A program made the translations under genes and the position numbers. From an uncultured Candidatus Entotheonella sp. (GTDB taxonomy: Bacteria > Tectomicrobia > Entotheonellia > Entotheonellales > Entotheonellaceae): a stretch of DNA of 64,000 bases. The notes beneath the pieces are model-generated. The model ran no database searches. It worked only from the letters and a program-made list of their open reading frames with translations, and was not told where the DNA came from. Every line of letters starts with the position of its first letter. Within the stretch, counting starts at the first letter, position 1. Below are positions 40,851-50,568 of this stretch, one piece after another. The stretch is taken from positions 1,120,001 to 1,184,000 of the forward strand of contig OZ244252.1 in NCBI GenBank assembly GCA_965217185.1, written 5' to 3'.

Positions 40851-42698
40851 ATGAAAAGACTGCCGGCCCTCCTGACGGCATTATTGGCGGTGCCCGCGGA
40901 CGCCCGGGCTGCAGCGTTTCCGGACGAGGCGCTCGCTTTGGCCGGAACCTTCTACGGCTGGGCAAGCCTTGTAATCTTCATCGCCGCCTATTCGCTGGTG
41001 CCGCTGGAAAACCGCCTCGAAATGCGCAAGAGCAAGCCGGTGCTCATCGCCGCCGGGTTGATATGGATCCTGGTCGCCCTGGCCTGGGCTGGCACCGGGC
41101 AGTCCTACCGCGCCGAGGACGCCATCCTGCACGGCCTGACCGAGTACGTCGAGTTGCTCCTGTTTCTGCTGCCTGCGATGACCTATATCAATGCCCTGGA
41201 GGAGCGCGACGTGTTCCAGTGGCTGCGTGCGTTCCTGGTATCGCGCGGCTATTCGCTGCGGCGCGTTTTCTGGACCACCGGCGCCCTCGCCTTCCTGCTC
41301 TCACCGATCGCCGACAACCTCACCACCGCGTTGTTGCTGGGCGCCGTAGTCGTGGCGGTCGGCGGCGACAATCGCAAATTCGTCACCCTGGCCTGCATCA
41401 ACGTCGTGGTTGCGGCGAATGCCGGCGGCGCCTTCTCGCCATTCGGCGACATCACCACCCTGATGGTGTGGCAGAAGCAGAAGGTGGCGTTTCAGGAGTT
41501 CTTCATGATCATCGTTCCGTCCGTGATCAACTGGCTGGTGCCGGCCCTGGTCATGCACTTTGCGGTGTCGGACGGCATGCCCGAGGCAGGCAGCGATAAG
41601 GTTGTGATGAAGCACGGGGCCAAAGTGATGATAGCGCTTTTCGTGGCTACCGTGGCGACCGCAGTATGGTTTCACGTTTTTCTGGGCCTGCCGGCGTCGG
41701 CGGGGATGATGCTGGGGTTGGGTTACCTGGGCGCTTTCTCCTACTACCTCAAGAAACGGGAAGGCCGGCTATATCTCTACGGCACCCTGCTTGGCGCGCG
41801 TTCCGACGAAAGCCTCAACCCGCTGCGCCTGCTGCGCCGCCGCGGTAAGGACCTCGGCCGCTATCTTGAGAGCCAGCCCTACCCCGCTTTCATGATCGAC
41901 ACCGATCACACCGTCGTGTACTGGAATTCGGCGCTGGAACGCCTGACAGGATACCCCGCAGCGGAGATGGTCGGCACCCGCAACCAGTGGAAACCGTTTT
42001 ACGACAAGGCGCGCTCGTCGCTTTCCGATCTCGTGCTGGACGGCAGGGACAGGGATATCAGGCGACGCTACGACCATCCGCACCGGCATGAACTCGCCGG
42101 GGACAGCAGCTACGAAGCCGCCCGGTATTTCGACAACCTCGGCGACGACGGCCGCTATCTCCTGTTCAGCGCCGCCCCCGTTACGGACGAGGATGGAAAG
42201 CTGGTGGGGGCGGTGGAACTATTCGAGGACGTAACCGAACACCGGCGGCAGGTGCACAACTTCGACGTCATGGAGCGCATCGCGCACGTCCAATGGGACA
42301 CCCTGCTGTTTTTCTACGGCGTCATTCTATGCGTGGCCGGCCTGGGCGAATTCGGGTATCTGACCCTGGTCTCGGGAACCCTTTACACCGACCTTGGCCC
42401 TACCCTCGCCAACACGCTGGTTGGTGTGCTATCGGCCGTCATCGACAACGTGCCGGTGATGTTCGCGGTCCTGAGCATGGACCCCGATATGTCACTAGGC
42501 CAGTGGCAACTCGTCACGCTGACCGCGGGCACGGGCGGCAGCCTGCTGGCTATCGGCTCCGCCGCCGGCGTCGCGTTGCTGGGAACTGCGAGAGGGTTCT
42601 ATACCTTTGGCGGGCACCTCAAATGGACGCCGGTGATTGCCTTGGGGTACGTATTGAGCATTCTCAGCCATCTGTGGTTGAACATGCGGCCGATGTGA
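40851..42698 (+). CDS. nhaD: NhaD-type Na+/H+ antiporter with internal PAS domain
   Basis: KSKPV, SPIADNLTT, ANAGGAFSPFGDITT, DNVP, GGSLLAIGSAAG; PAS at ~41860-42245. Confidence 0.88.
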   Translation: MKRLPALLTALLAVPADARAAAFPDEALALAGTFYGWASLVIFIAAYSLVPLENRLEMRKSKPVLIAAGLIWILVALAWAGTGQSYRAEDAILHGLTEYVELLLFLLPAMTYINALEERDVFQWLRAFLVSRGYSLRRVFWTTGALAFLLSPIADNLTTALLLGAVVVAVGGDNRKFVTLACINVVVAANAGGAFSPFGDITTLMVWQKQKVAFQEFFMIIVPSVINWLVPALVMHFAVSDGMPEAGSDKVVMKHGAKVMIALFVATVATAVWFHVFLGLPASAGMMLGLGYLGAFSYYLKKREGRLYLYGTLLGARSDESLNPLRLLRRRGKDLGRYLESQPYPAFMIDTDHTVVYWNSALERLTGYPAAEMVGTRNQWKPFYDKARSSLSDLVLDGRDRDIRRRYDHPHRHELAGDSSYEAARYFDNLGDDGRYLLFSAAPVTDEDGKLVGAVELFEDVTEHRRQVHNFDVMERIAHVQWDTLLFFYGVILCVAGLGEFGYLTLVSGTLYTDLGPTLANTLVGVLSAVIDNVPVMFAVLSMDPDMSLGQWQLVTLTAGTGGSLLAIGSAAGVALLGTARGFYTFGGHLKWTPVIALGYVLSILSHLWLNMRPM

Positions 42699-42760
42699 GG
42701 CGCTTTCCATCTTTCCGATAACCCTGCCAATGCGTTCAAACTGTGCCTATGGGTATGAAA

Positions 42761-42792
42761 AAAGGCCGTCCCGCGCTGTCCGGAACGGCCTT
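42761..42792. terminator. Hairpin between convergent nhaD and toxin genes
   Basis: AAGGCCGTCC...GGAACGGCCTT preceded by an A-run. Confidence 0.55.
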
Positions 42793-42825
42793 GGCACCTT
42801 GTCTTGCCCTAGGTGGGATAGAGAT

Positions 42826-43092
42826 TCATCTCAATCTTTGGCGATACACCTCCCGCCGGTGGGCAACACGAACGACCAGCACGATGAGCTCGCCGTGCTG
42901 CACTTCGTACAGCACGCGGTAATCACCGATGCGAAGCCTTCGCAGGCCCCGCAACTCCCCTTTCAATGCGTTGCCCAGGAAAGGGTTCTCCGACAGTCGG
43001 TCGATGGCTTCGACAAGCCGCGCACGGTCCGCCTTCGCGATTCGTTCCAATTCCTTGGCCGCACTTCCCTTAATCCGTATTGAGAAGCTCAC
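42826..43092 (-). CDS. relE: RelE/ParE-family toxin
   Basis: LRRLRIGDYRVLY...VVRVAHRREVY. Confidence 0.9.
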   Translation of the reverse strand: MSFSIRIKGSAAKELERIAKADRARLVEAIDRLSENPFLGNALKGELRGLRRLRIGDYRVLYEVQHGELIVLVVRVAHRREVYRQRLR

Positions 43093-43291
43093 GCTTGACC
43101 TGATCCCAATCCAGCACTGGATCGTTCGGGTCGCGGAGACGCTCGATGGTCACCGAGAGGTCGTCGAAATCCTCAAGGTAACGTTCGACCGCTTGGCGAA
43201 CGATCTCTGCGCGACTGCGCTTGAGCTGGCGCGCGGCTGCGTCCAGAGCGGCGACGACGGTATCGGGCAAGCGCGCGGTAATCTGAGCCAT
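43070..43291 (-). CDS. RHH/CopG antitoxin
   Basis: QITARLP...RSRAEIVRQAV; overlaps the toxin. Confidence 0.85.
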   Translation of the reverse strand: MAQITARLPDTVVAALDAAARQLKRSRAEIVRQAVERYLEDFDDLSVTIERLRDPNDPVLDWDQVKRELLNTD

Positions 43292-43611
43292 AACACCTCC
43301 GAAGTCATATGATGTCAATTGCATCATCGTACTTCCACGTTGATGTTCAGGTCAATCTGCCAACTGATCATGCCGGCCATTCTTCGTCTCTAGAGTAGCC
43401 CCACCTTCCTATTCTCGGTAAACAGTAACCCACATCGGCAGCCGGTCTGACGATTATGGCGCCGAGGGACCCGCAGGAACGCCCTGCATGTTGACTGCGT
43501 TGCAGGCCGCAACTACGATACCGCGGTTTTGTACTTGGCCAAACGTATGACGCAGCAGGCGCACGGAACGACGTGCGGCGAGGCGACCGATACAACACAA
43601 GGAGGCAGGCT

Positions 43612-44691
43612 ATGCAGCGACGCACGTTGATTCGGAACTTGAGTTTAGGGGCCGCGGGGGTGGTGCTGGCGGCGCCGGCGGTGCAGGCGCAGAAGAAGTA
43701 TCGCTGGCGGATGGCGACGAGCTGGACGCCGGCGTTGGACGTGCTGCAAGGCAACGCAGTGCGTTTCGCCAAGGTGGTTGACGAAATGAGCGAGGGGCGG
43801 CTGAAGATTCAGGTGTACGCGGCGGGCGAGTTGATCCCGGCGTTCGGCGTCTTCGACGCGGTGTTGCAGGGCACCCTGCAGATGTTCAACGCCGCCGCTT
43901 ATTACTGGGCGGGCAAGGAACCGGCGACGCAATGGTTCACGGCCATGCCGTTCGGCCTCAATCCGCGCGGCATGTACGCTTGGTATTACCAGGGCGGCGG
44001 GCTCAAGCTGTGGGAGGAAACCTACGCGCCGTTCGACCTGATTCCGCGTCCGGGGGGCACTACGGGCAACCAGATGGGCGGCTGGTTCAAGAACAAGCTG
44101 GGCTCGATGGCCGATCTCCAGGGCTTGAAGTTCCGCATCCCCGGCTTGGGCGGCAAGGTATACGCCGAGGCGGGCACGACGGTGGTGCTGACGCCGGGCG
44201 GCGAGATTTTCCCGGCGCTCGAACGCGGCGTCATCGACGGCTCGGAATGGGTAGGGCCGCACGACGACATGAAGCTCGGCCTGCACAACGCCGCGGGTTA
44301 CTACTACTACCCCGGCTGGCACGAGCCCGGCACCACTGGCGAGTTCACCTTCAACCGCAAGGCCTATGAGGAGTTGCCCTCGGACCTGAGGGCGATTCTC
44401 GATTACGCAACGAGCTATTGCGGCGAGCAGATGCTGGCCGAATACGAGGCCAAGAACATCGTCGCGCTCAACACCCTGAGAACCAAGTACCAGGGGCAGG
44501 TCGAAATCCTCCCCTTCCCCGACGACGTCATGAATCAACTGCGCAGCTTGGCGCGCGACGTGCTGGCCGAGGAGGCGACCAGGAGCCCGATGGCCAAGAA
44601 GGTGCACGAGTCGTTCACCAAGTTCCAGGCGGAGTTCAACCCATGGGCGGAGATAACGGACGGCGCGTATCACCGGCTCGTGAGGGCGTAG
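43612..44691 (+). CDS. dctP: TRAP transporter substrate-binding protein (TakP-like, Tat signal)
   Basis: RRTLI signal, WRMATSW, QMGGWF, GLKFRIPG, YYYPGWHEP. Confidence 0.92.
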   Translation: MQRRTLIRNLSLGAAGVVLAAPAVQAQKKYRWRMATSWTPALDVLQGNAVRFAKVVDEMSEGRLKIQVYAAGELIPAFGVFDAVLQGTLQMFNAAAYYWAGKEPATQWFTAMPFGLNPRGMYAWYYQGGGLKLWEETYAPFDLIPRPGGTTGNQMGGWFKNKLGSMADLQGLKFRIPGLGGKVYAEAGTTVVLTPGGEIFPALERGVIDGSEWVGPHDDMKLGLHNAAGYYYYPGWHEPGTTGEFTFNRKAYEELPSDLRAILDYATSYCGEQMLAEYEAKNIVALNTLRTKYQGQVEILPFPDDVMNQLRSLARDVLAEEATRSPMAKKVHESFTKFQAEFNPWAEITDGAYHRLVRA

Positions 44692-44884
44692 GGGCGCAGG
44701 CAACATGACCATCGAACGGCGGACCGCCAAAGCGGCAGCGGCGCGGAAGCAGGAGTATCAATAGGAATCGGACAACTTGGACCGTAAGGCCCCGGTGGCG
44801 CCCCACGCAATCCGTGACTCGGTTATTGAGGTGTTCCAGGTCGAACCATCGCGCGGATTCGAACGCGATTGAGAGGAGGGTTGC

Positions 44885-45180
44885 GTGGCCTGGAAGGCAA
44901 TCGGCAACATCGCCGCCTTGGTGGGTGTGCTGGTGGCGATGGTCATGATGTTCAATCAGGTTGACGGGCGACTGGACCGCGTGCACGAGCGCATGGACCG
45001 CATGCAGGCAGAGACAAACCCCCGCTTTGATGCTGTCGATGAGCGCTTCGACAAGATGTTCGACCGTGTGGACCGCACGCAGGCGGAAACCAACGCCCGC
45101 TTCGACGCGGTGCTTGAGGCGATTATGAGTTTTGACCGCCGGGGCCGCCGAGTAGGCATGCGGTCCCGCTGGCGGATTGG
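44885..45180 (+). CDS. TM + coiled-coil protein with internal repeat; 3' end probably corrupted
   Basis: RBS GAGGAGG; DRMQAETNPRFDAV / DRTQAETNARFDAV repeat. Confidence 0.5.
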
Positions 45181-45363
45181 CGACCGCCGCTCGCGGCCGC
45201 TTAGAACTCCCCACCTGGCTGCCAAAAGAGGGCTGATGATGCGCTTGGCGTCCACCGATTGCGGGGAAATCGCCCCATTCGCGGCATCCGGTGGGGCGTG
45301 TTGTAGGCCTGCGCAGCGAAACGGCGTAGCGCTAGTAACGGCACGGGTTTCCGTGCTTTCCAA

Positions 45364-45391
45364 AGTTTACATATAAGCGCTTATCGGAAGT
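45364..45391 (-). other. dif-like XerC/XerD site 1 (candidate chromosomal dif)
   Basis: Minus strand ACTTCCGATAA-GCGCTT-ATATGTAAACT vs B. subtilis dif ACTTCCTAGAA-TATATA-TTATGTAAACT. Confidence 0.8.
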
Positions 45392-45414
45392 TCGGATGCG
45401 TCAGAACGCCTGAT

Positions 45415-45942
45415 CTACCCCGTTCGCACTCCATGGTAGGTGCAAAGCACCCCGATCGTAACCATTTCCCTCTCTACTTCCAGTGTTAAACTCCCCTCAA
45501 GCGTTAAGGCTACACGATTAGCATTGAGCACAGTTCCTTCATATTCCTCGTAAATGTCAGCTTGCAATTCTCCTAGCATCCTTTGTTCGGAATAAGCAAA
45601 CTGTATTTGATCGCCTGAAATCGTTCCGTCCGCCCGTGCGCCTGAATCAAGGTTAGTGAGTTCCAGGTCATTCCCCATCTGGATGACGCGTGTTCCCAAA
45701 TCATCATCCAACAACTCTGATTCGAGCAGTAAATCGAACTCCGCAAGTTGGTATGCAGATAAGGCAGTGCTGACAGTTGTACAATTAACTGGCGCTGCCG
45801 AATTCCAAATACCTGTCAGGTCGTATTCCGGCGAGACGAGTGGCTCATCACCCCCGCCTTCCCCTCCGCCACCTCCACAGCCGGCAAGGACGAAAACAAA
45901 CAGAACGATTACGATCAAACGAGACGTGCAGAACAAATTCAT
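45415..45942 (-). CDS. Lipoprotein of unknown function
   Basis: Lipobox LAGC followed by a Gly run; lower GC. Confidence 0.75.
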   Translation of the reverse strand: MNLFCTSRLIVIVLFVFVLAGCGGGGGEGGGDEPLVSPEYDLTGIWNSAAPVNCTTVSTALSAYQLAEFDLLLESELLDDDLGTRVIQMGNDLELTNLDSGARADGTISGDQIQFAYSEQRMLGELQADIYEEYEGTVLNANRVALTLEGSLTLEVEREMVTIGVLCTYHGVRTG

Positions 45943-45987
45943 GGAACATCTCCAGGTGTTAGTCGATGCGCTTCTCCAGGCTATCAA

Positions 45988-46015
45988 GGGTGACATAAAA
46001 CCCATTAACGGAAAG
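45988..46015 (-). other. dif-like site 2
   Basis: Plus strand GGGTGACATAA-AACCCA-TTAACGGAAAG. Confidence 0.65.
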
Positions 46016-46022
46016 ATTCGTC

Positions 46023-46589
46023 ATGATTAACTGGCAACTCTTCGCAACCCTAGTAGCACCTATCCTCGCCCTCTTCGTCGGTCGTTGGATTAATCATCGA
46101 TTCGAGAGCCGTCCCATATTGTTGACTTACTGGGGGCACTTTTCCTCATTCAACTACCAAGACGAAAATGGCACTACCCACACCATACATACTCACTCAA
46201 TTATCATCAGGAACGCGGGCAGACGAGCAGCCACTAACGTTCGTGTGAGCCACGTTTATTTACCAGCGCACTTCCAGATATGGCCTCCAACCACGTATAA
46301 GCTGGAGGAGGTGCCGAATTCGGGCCATGATATCGTGTTTCCTACTGTAATCCCAAAGCAGGAAATGAGTATCTCCTATCTCTATTTCCCTCCAGTTACT
46401 TACGATAGGGTCAATAATGGAGTGAGATGCGATGAGGGCTTTGCGACTCCGATACTCGTCCTGCTACAACAACAATATCCAGGGTGGGTCATTTACTGTA
46501 GAGCGGCACTCGTCATTATAGGGATAGCTGCGCTGTTCTACGGTCTGCTTCAATTAGGCTCTTGGATCATCAAAGCAATGTGGAACTGA
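46023..46589 (+). CDS. Hypothetical protein with N- and C-terminal TM helices
   Basis: 188 aa, low GC, fills the space between sites 2 and 3. Confidence 0.75.
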   Translation: MINWQLFATLVAPILALFVGRWINHRFESRPILLTYWGHFSSFNYQDENGTTHTIHTHSIIIRNAGRRAATNVRVSHVYLPAHFQIWPPTTYKLEEVPNSGHDIVFPTVIPKQEMSISYLYFPPVTYDRVNNGVRCDEGFATPILVLLQQQYPGWVIYCRAALVIIGIAALFYGLLQLGSWIIKAMWN

Positions 46590-46598
46590 AAGTACGAA

Positions 46599-46626
46599 AG
46601 GCGACATAACCGCCCTTATCGGAAGT
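46599..46626 (-). other. dif-like site 3
   Basis: Plus strand AGGCGACATAA-CCGCCC-TTATCGGAAGT. Confidence 0.8.
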
Positions 46627-46715
46627 TGGGATCCTCTGACGTGACATTCTTCACCAATCAGAATGGTACCATCTATCTGACAAATTGAACCCCTCACTGC
46701 CATCAGGCTGACATC

Positions 46716-49532
46716 ATGCGACTGTCCTGGAACGAAATACGCACCCGAGCCGCAGCCTTTGCCCGTGAGTGGGCAGCCGCGAGCTACGAAAAAGGCGAGA
46801 CGCAGAGCTTCTACAATGATTTCTTCCAGATTTTCGGTGTCAAACGCCGCACCGTAGCCCGGTACGAAGAGCACGTGAAAAAGCTGGATGACCGGTCGGG
46901 CTTTATTGACTTGTTCTGGCCGGGCGTCCTCGTCGTTGAACAGAAGAGCGCCGGGCGCGACCTCCAGCGAGCCTATGGGCAGGCCGGGGAATATGTTGAC
47001 GCCCTGTCTGAGAGCCAGCGGCCGCGCTACATCCTGGTCAGTGACTTCCAAAGTTTCGAGTTCTACGACCTCGATACGCGGGAACACAAACGCTTTACGC
47101 TTGCCGATTTGCCCGCCCATGTGGAGGTATTCGGCTTCATCCTCGGCGTGCAGCGCCGGACCTTCAGGGATCAGGATCCGGCCAACATCAAGGCCGCCGA
47201 ACTCGTCGGGCATCTACACGATGACCTCGCCGCGGCGGGCTACCGACGTCACGATCTCGAGCGCTTCTTGGTACGCATCGTCTTCTGCCTGTTCGCCGAC
47301 GACACCGGCATCTTCGAGCCGCGCGATATTTTTTTCGACTTCATCGAGGACCGCACCCGCGACGATGGTTCCGACTTGGGGCCGTTCCTGTCACAACTCT
47401 TCCAGGTTCTGGATACGCCGGAAAACAGCAGAGCCAGTACGCTCGATGAAGACTTGGCCCGGTTTCCATACGTCAACGGTGACTTGTTCCGCGACCCCCT
47501 GCGGATTCCCTCCTTCACCGCAGTCATGCGCGGGTCGCTTCTGGATGCCTGCCGCTTCGACTGGTCGAATATCTCGCCGGCCATCTTTGGCGCGCTCTTC
47601 CAATCCGTCATGGAATCGGCGGAACGGCGCGCCCAAGGCGCCCATTACACCACCGAAAAGAACATCCTGAAGGTGATCGAGCCGCTGTTCATGGACGACC
47701 TGAACGCCGAATTTGGACGTCTAAAGTCCCGTCGAGACAGCCGCCGCCGCGCCGATCTGCACCGATTCCAGGAAAAACTGGGGCAACTGCGATTCTTCGA
47801 CCCGGCCTGTGGCTGCGGCAATTTCCTCATCATCGCCTACCGCGAGCTGCGCCTGCTTGAAATCGAGGTCATCCGTGAGATTCACGCCGGAACAAGCGCT
47901 GGCTCCCAGGATGTACTCGACGTCGGATTCCTCTCTCGTGTCGACGTGGACCAGTTCTACGGTATCGAGATCGGGGAGTTCCCGGTCCGCATAGCCGAGA
48001 CCGCGCTGTGGATGATGGACCACATCATGAACAACCGCCTGAGCCTGGAGTTTGGACGCACCTATGCGCGTATTCCCTTGCGCACATCGCCGCATGTCGT
48101 CCACGCCGATGCCTTGGAAATCGACTGGTCGGATGTGCTACCAGCGGAACAATGCTCTTACGTGCTCGGCAATCCGCCCTTCGTCGGCGCGAAGTATCAG
48201 ACTACAGAGCAGCGCGCACAGGTGCGCCGCATCGCCAGCCTGGGCGGAAGCGGCGGTACGCTGGATTACGTCTCGGCCTGGCTCGTCAAGGCGGGAGCTT
48301 ACGTAACGGGTGAGACCCAGATTGGCTTCGTGGCCACCAATTCGATGACACAGGGGCAGCAAGTCGGGCAACTCTGGCCAATTCTGTTCGACCGCTGCGG
48401 GCTGGAGATCGCCTTTGCGCACTGCACCTTCGCTTGGGGGTCGGACGCACGCGGCAAGGCGCATGTGCACGTCGTCATTCTCGGCCTGGAACGCGGCGCT
48501 AACGCGCGGAACGAGAAGCGGCTATTTTCCTATCCCGACCTCAACGGCGACCCGGAAGAGACGCGCCACGCGGCGCTGTCGCCGTACCTGTTCGACGCCG
48601 GCGGGCTGTCCGATACGCACCTGACCGTGCACGAGGAAAGCGCGCCGATCAACGAGATGGGGAAGCTGATCATTGGTTCTAAACCCATTGACAGCGGCCA
48701 CTACATTTTCAGCGCCGGCGAAAGGGCTGCGTTCCTGGAAACAGAGCCGGACGCCGGACCTTTCCTGCGTCCCTTTGTTGGCGCCCGCGAATATCTGCAA
48801 GGCGGCGAGCGCTGGATTCTAGCCCTGCATGGCGCGGCACCGGACGTGCTGGCCCGATTGCCGCGCGTGCGGGAGCGTATCGCTGCGGTCCGCACATACC
48901 GTCAAGCCAGTAAGAGCAGGCCCACGGTCAAACTGGCGGAAACGCCGACGCTCTATCACGTGAACGTGGTTCCTGCCGCGCCGTTCCTGGTTATTCCCGA
49001 AGTCAGTTCCGAGCGGCGGGAGTACGTCCCCATCGGCTGGCTTGAGCCGCCAGTGATCCCGAGCAACAAACTTCGACTTCTTCTTGCCGCCACTCTCGCC
49101 GATTTCGCCCTTCTCACCTCCGCCATGCACATGGCCTGGATGCGGACCGTGACGGGGCGGATGAAAAGCGATTACATGTATTCCATCGGCGTCGTCTACA
49201 ACACCTTCCCAACACCGCCGGAAGGTGCCGACATGTCGAAGCTGGAACCGCTCGCGCAAGCCGTGCTCGACGCCCGCGCCGCCCATCCGAGCGCAACCCT
49301 CGCCGAACTCTACGACCCTGACCTCATGCCCCCCAACCTGCGCCGGGCACACCAAGCCCTCGACCGCGCTGTGGACCGTCTCTACCGCTCCCGAGGCTTC
49401 GCTTCGGAGCGCGAGCGCATAGAGCATCTGTTTATGCTCTATGAGAAGATGCGGACACCACTGGAAGGGGCGAGGCAAGCGAAACCAAAACGGCGGAGGG
49501 CAAGAGGGTTCCCGGCCGGACGATTGCAATAA
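46716..49532 (+). CDS. MmeI-like type IIG/IIL restriction-modification enzyme
   Basis: IDLFWPGVLVVEQKS nuclease motif, GAHYT, DPACGCGNF, GNPPF, C-terminal TRD. Confidence 0.92.
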   Translation: MRLSWNEIRTRAAAFAREWAAASYEKGETQSFYNDFFQIFGVKRRTVARYEEHVKKLDDRSGFIDLFWPGVLVVEQKSAGRDLQRAYGQAGEYVDALSESQRPRYILVSDFQSFEFYDLDTREHKRFTLADLPAHVEVFGFILGVQRRTFRDQDPANIKAAELVGHLHDDLAAAGYRRHDLERFLVRIVFCLFADDTGIFEPRDIFFDFIEDRTRDDGSDLGPFLSQLFQVLDTPENSRASTLDEDLARFPYVNGDLFRDPLRIPSFTAVMRGSLLDACRFDWSNISPAIFGALFQSVMESAERRAQGAHYTTEKNILKVIEPLFMDDLNAEFGRLKSRRDSRRRADLHRFQEKLGQLRFFDPACGCGNFLIIAYRELRLLEIEVIREIHAGTSAGSQDVLDVGFLSRVDVDQFYGIEIGEFPVRIAETALWMMDHIMNNRLSLEFGRTYARIPLRTSPHVVHADALEIDWSDVLPAEQCSYVLGNPPFVGAKYQTTEQRAQVRRIASLGGSGGTLDYVSAWLVKAGAYVTGETQIGFVATNSMTQGQQVGQLWPILFDRCGLEIAFAHCTFAWGSDARGKAHVHVVILGLERGANARNEKRLFSYPDLNGDPEETRHAALSPYLFDAGGLSDTHLTVHEESAPINEMGKLIIGSKPIDSGHYIFSAGERAAFLETEPDAGPFLRPFVGAREYLQGGERWILALHGAAPDVLARLPRVRERIAAVRTYRQASKSRPTVKLAETPTLYHVNVVPAAPFLVIPEVSSERREYVPIGWLEPPVIPSNKLRLLLAATLADFALLTSAMHMAWMRTVTGRMKSDYMYSIGVVYNTFPTPPEGADMSKLEPLAQAVLDARAAHPSATLAELYDPDLMPPNLRRAHQALDRAVDRLYRSRGFASERERIEHLFMLYEKMRTPLEGARQAKPKRRRARGFPAGRLQ

Positions 49533-49558
49533 TTGAGGGCAGCTTGGAGGTGTGAAAG

Positions 49559-50344
49559 ATGAACGACCCTCATGTGGTCGCGTTGATATACCGAGTCGAG
49601 CACGGGGATGGCTTCACGTGGGACCATGCAGAACCGCTTGTTGACCCGGTAACGCCCAAAGAATTTCAGTTGGAAATCAAGGACAAGCAAGCACGATTCG
49701 AGCTGAAAGTTCATTACCCCACGAAATCTGAGGCACGGGAAGTCATTGAGAATTACATCCGCGTTTGGGAGTTTAATGCCTGCCTTGAACGCGACGCGCC
49801 AGACTTCTTCCGGCTGAAATTCCTTAAGGCAGAGATTGTGGATCGAAATCCGAAACCGGGAACGGTTCGACTCGTGGGACGCCTCAGCGTAGAAGGTTCC
49901 GGTTCTGCGAGCCTTACGGTTGGGCCGCCTCGATATCCCTCACCACCGGTAGATATTTGCCTCGACCCATTCGATCCAGATGTTCAGAGGATGTATCAGC
50001 GGTACATGGATTATCGCCGAAAGCGTGAACCATTGCCGAGCATGGCCTATTTCTGCTTGACCGTTCTTGAGCGTTCAACAGGGAAGAAAAAAGGAGCCCG
50101 CCCAGCGGCTGGCAAGAAATATCAAATTGGGGAGCGGGTGCTTGATAAAATCGGGGAACTTTCAGCCGAGAAGGGCGGCTCGGAAGCAAGAAAGGCAGAA
50201 GGCGTTGCCACAGAGCTGACGGAGTCGGAGCGCCGTTTTCTGAAGGAGGCAATCAGGAAAATGATCCGCCGAGCGGCCGAGGAGGCCTATGACCCTGGCA
50301 AGAGCCTCCCAGAGATTTCGTTGTCGGACCTGCCACAGGCGTGA
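49559..50344 (+). CDS. Hypothetical protein, 261 aa
   Basis: RBS GGAGG; 26 bp downstream of the R-M gene. Confidence 0.75.
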   Translation: MNDPHVVALIYRVEHGDGFTWDHAEPLVDPVTPKEFQLEIKDKQARFELKVHYPTKSEAREVIENYIRVWEFNACLERDAPDFFRLKFLKAEIVDRNPKPGTVRLVGRLSVEGSGSASLTVGPPRYPSPPVDICLDPFDPDVQRMYQRYMDYRRKREPLPSMAYFCLTVLERSTGKKKGARPAAGKKYQIGERVLDKIGELSAEKGGSEARKAEGVATELTESERRFLKEAIRKMIRRAAEEAYDPGKSLPEISLSDLPQA

Positions 50345-50398
50345 AACGCTGCAGCGGGACCGGCTTCTCTGTATCCGCACATCCACCCTTTCAGCCAA

Positions 50399-50427
50399 AG
50401 GTTACATAAGGCGGGGTTATCCGAACC
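50399..50427 (-). other. dif-like site 4 (7-bp spacer)
   Basis: Plus strand AGGTTACATAA-GGCGGGG-TTATCCGAACC. Confidence 0.6.
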
Positions 50428-50435
50428 AGTCAGCC

Positions 50436-50472
50436 GCCCCTCCTCCGGGACATTCCCCGGAGGGGCTTTTTT
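50436..50472 (+). terminator. Intrinsic terminator
   Basis: GCCCCTCC...GGAGGGGC stem followed by TTTTTT. Confidence 0.7.
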
Positions 50473-50480
50473 ACGTCCGA

Positions 50481-50508
50481 AGGCGACATATCTGGCCTTA
50501 TCGGATGT
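50481..50508 (-). other. dif-like site 5
   Basis: Plus strand AGGCGACATAT-CTGGCC-TTATCGGATGT. Confidence 0.75.
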
Positions 50509-50568
50509 TGACAGCAATAAATTTTTATTGACATTGTTAGAAATTACATCTCTATTACGTACATTAGC

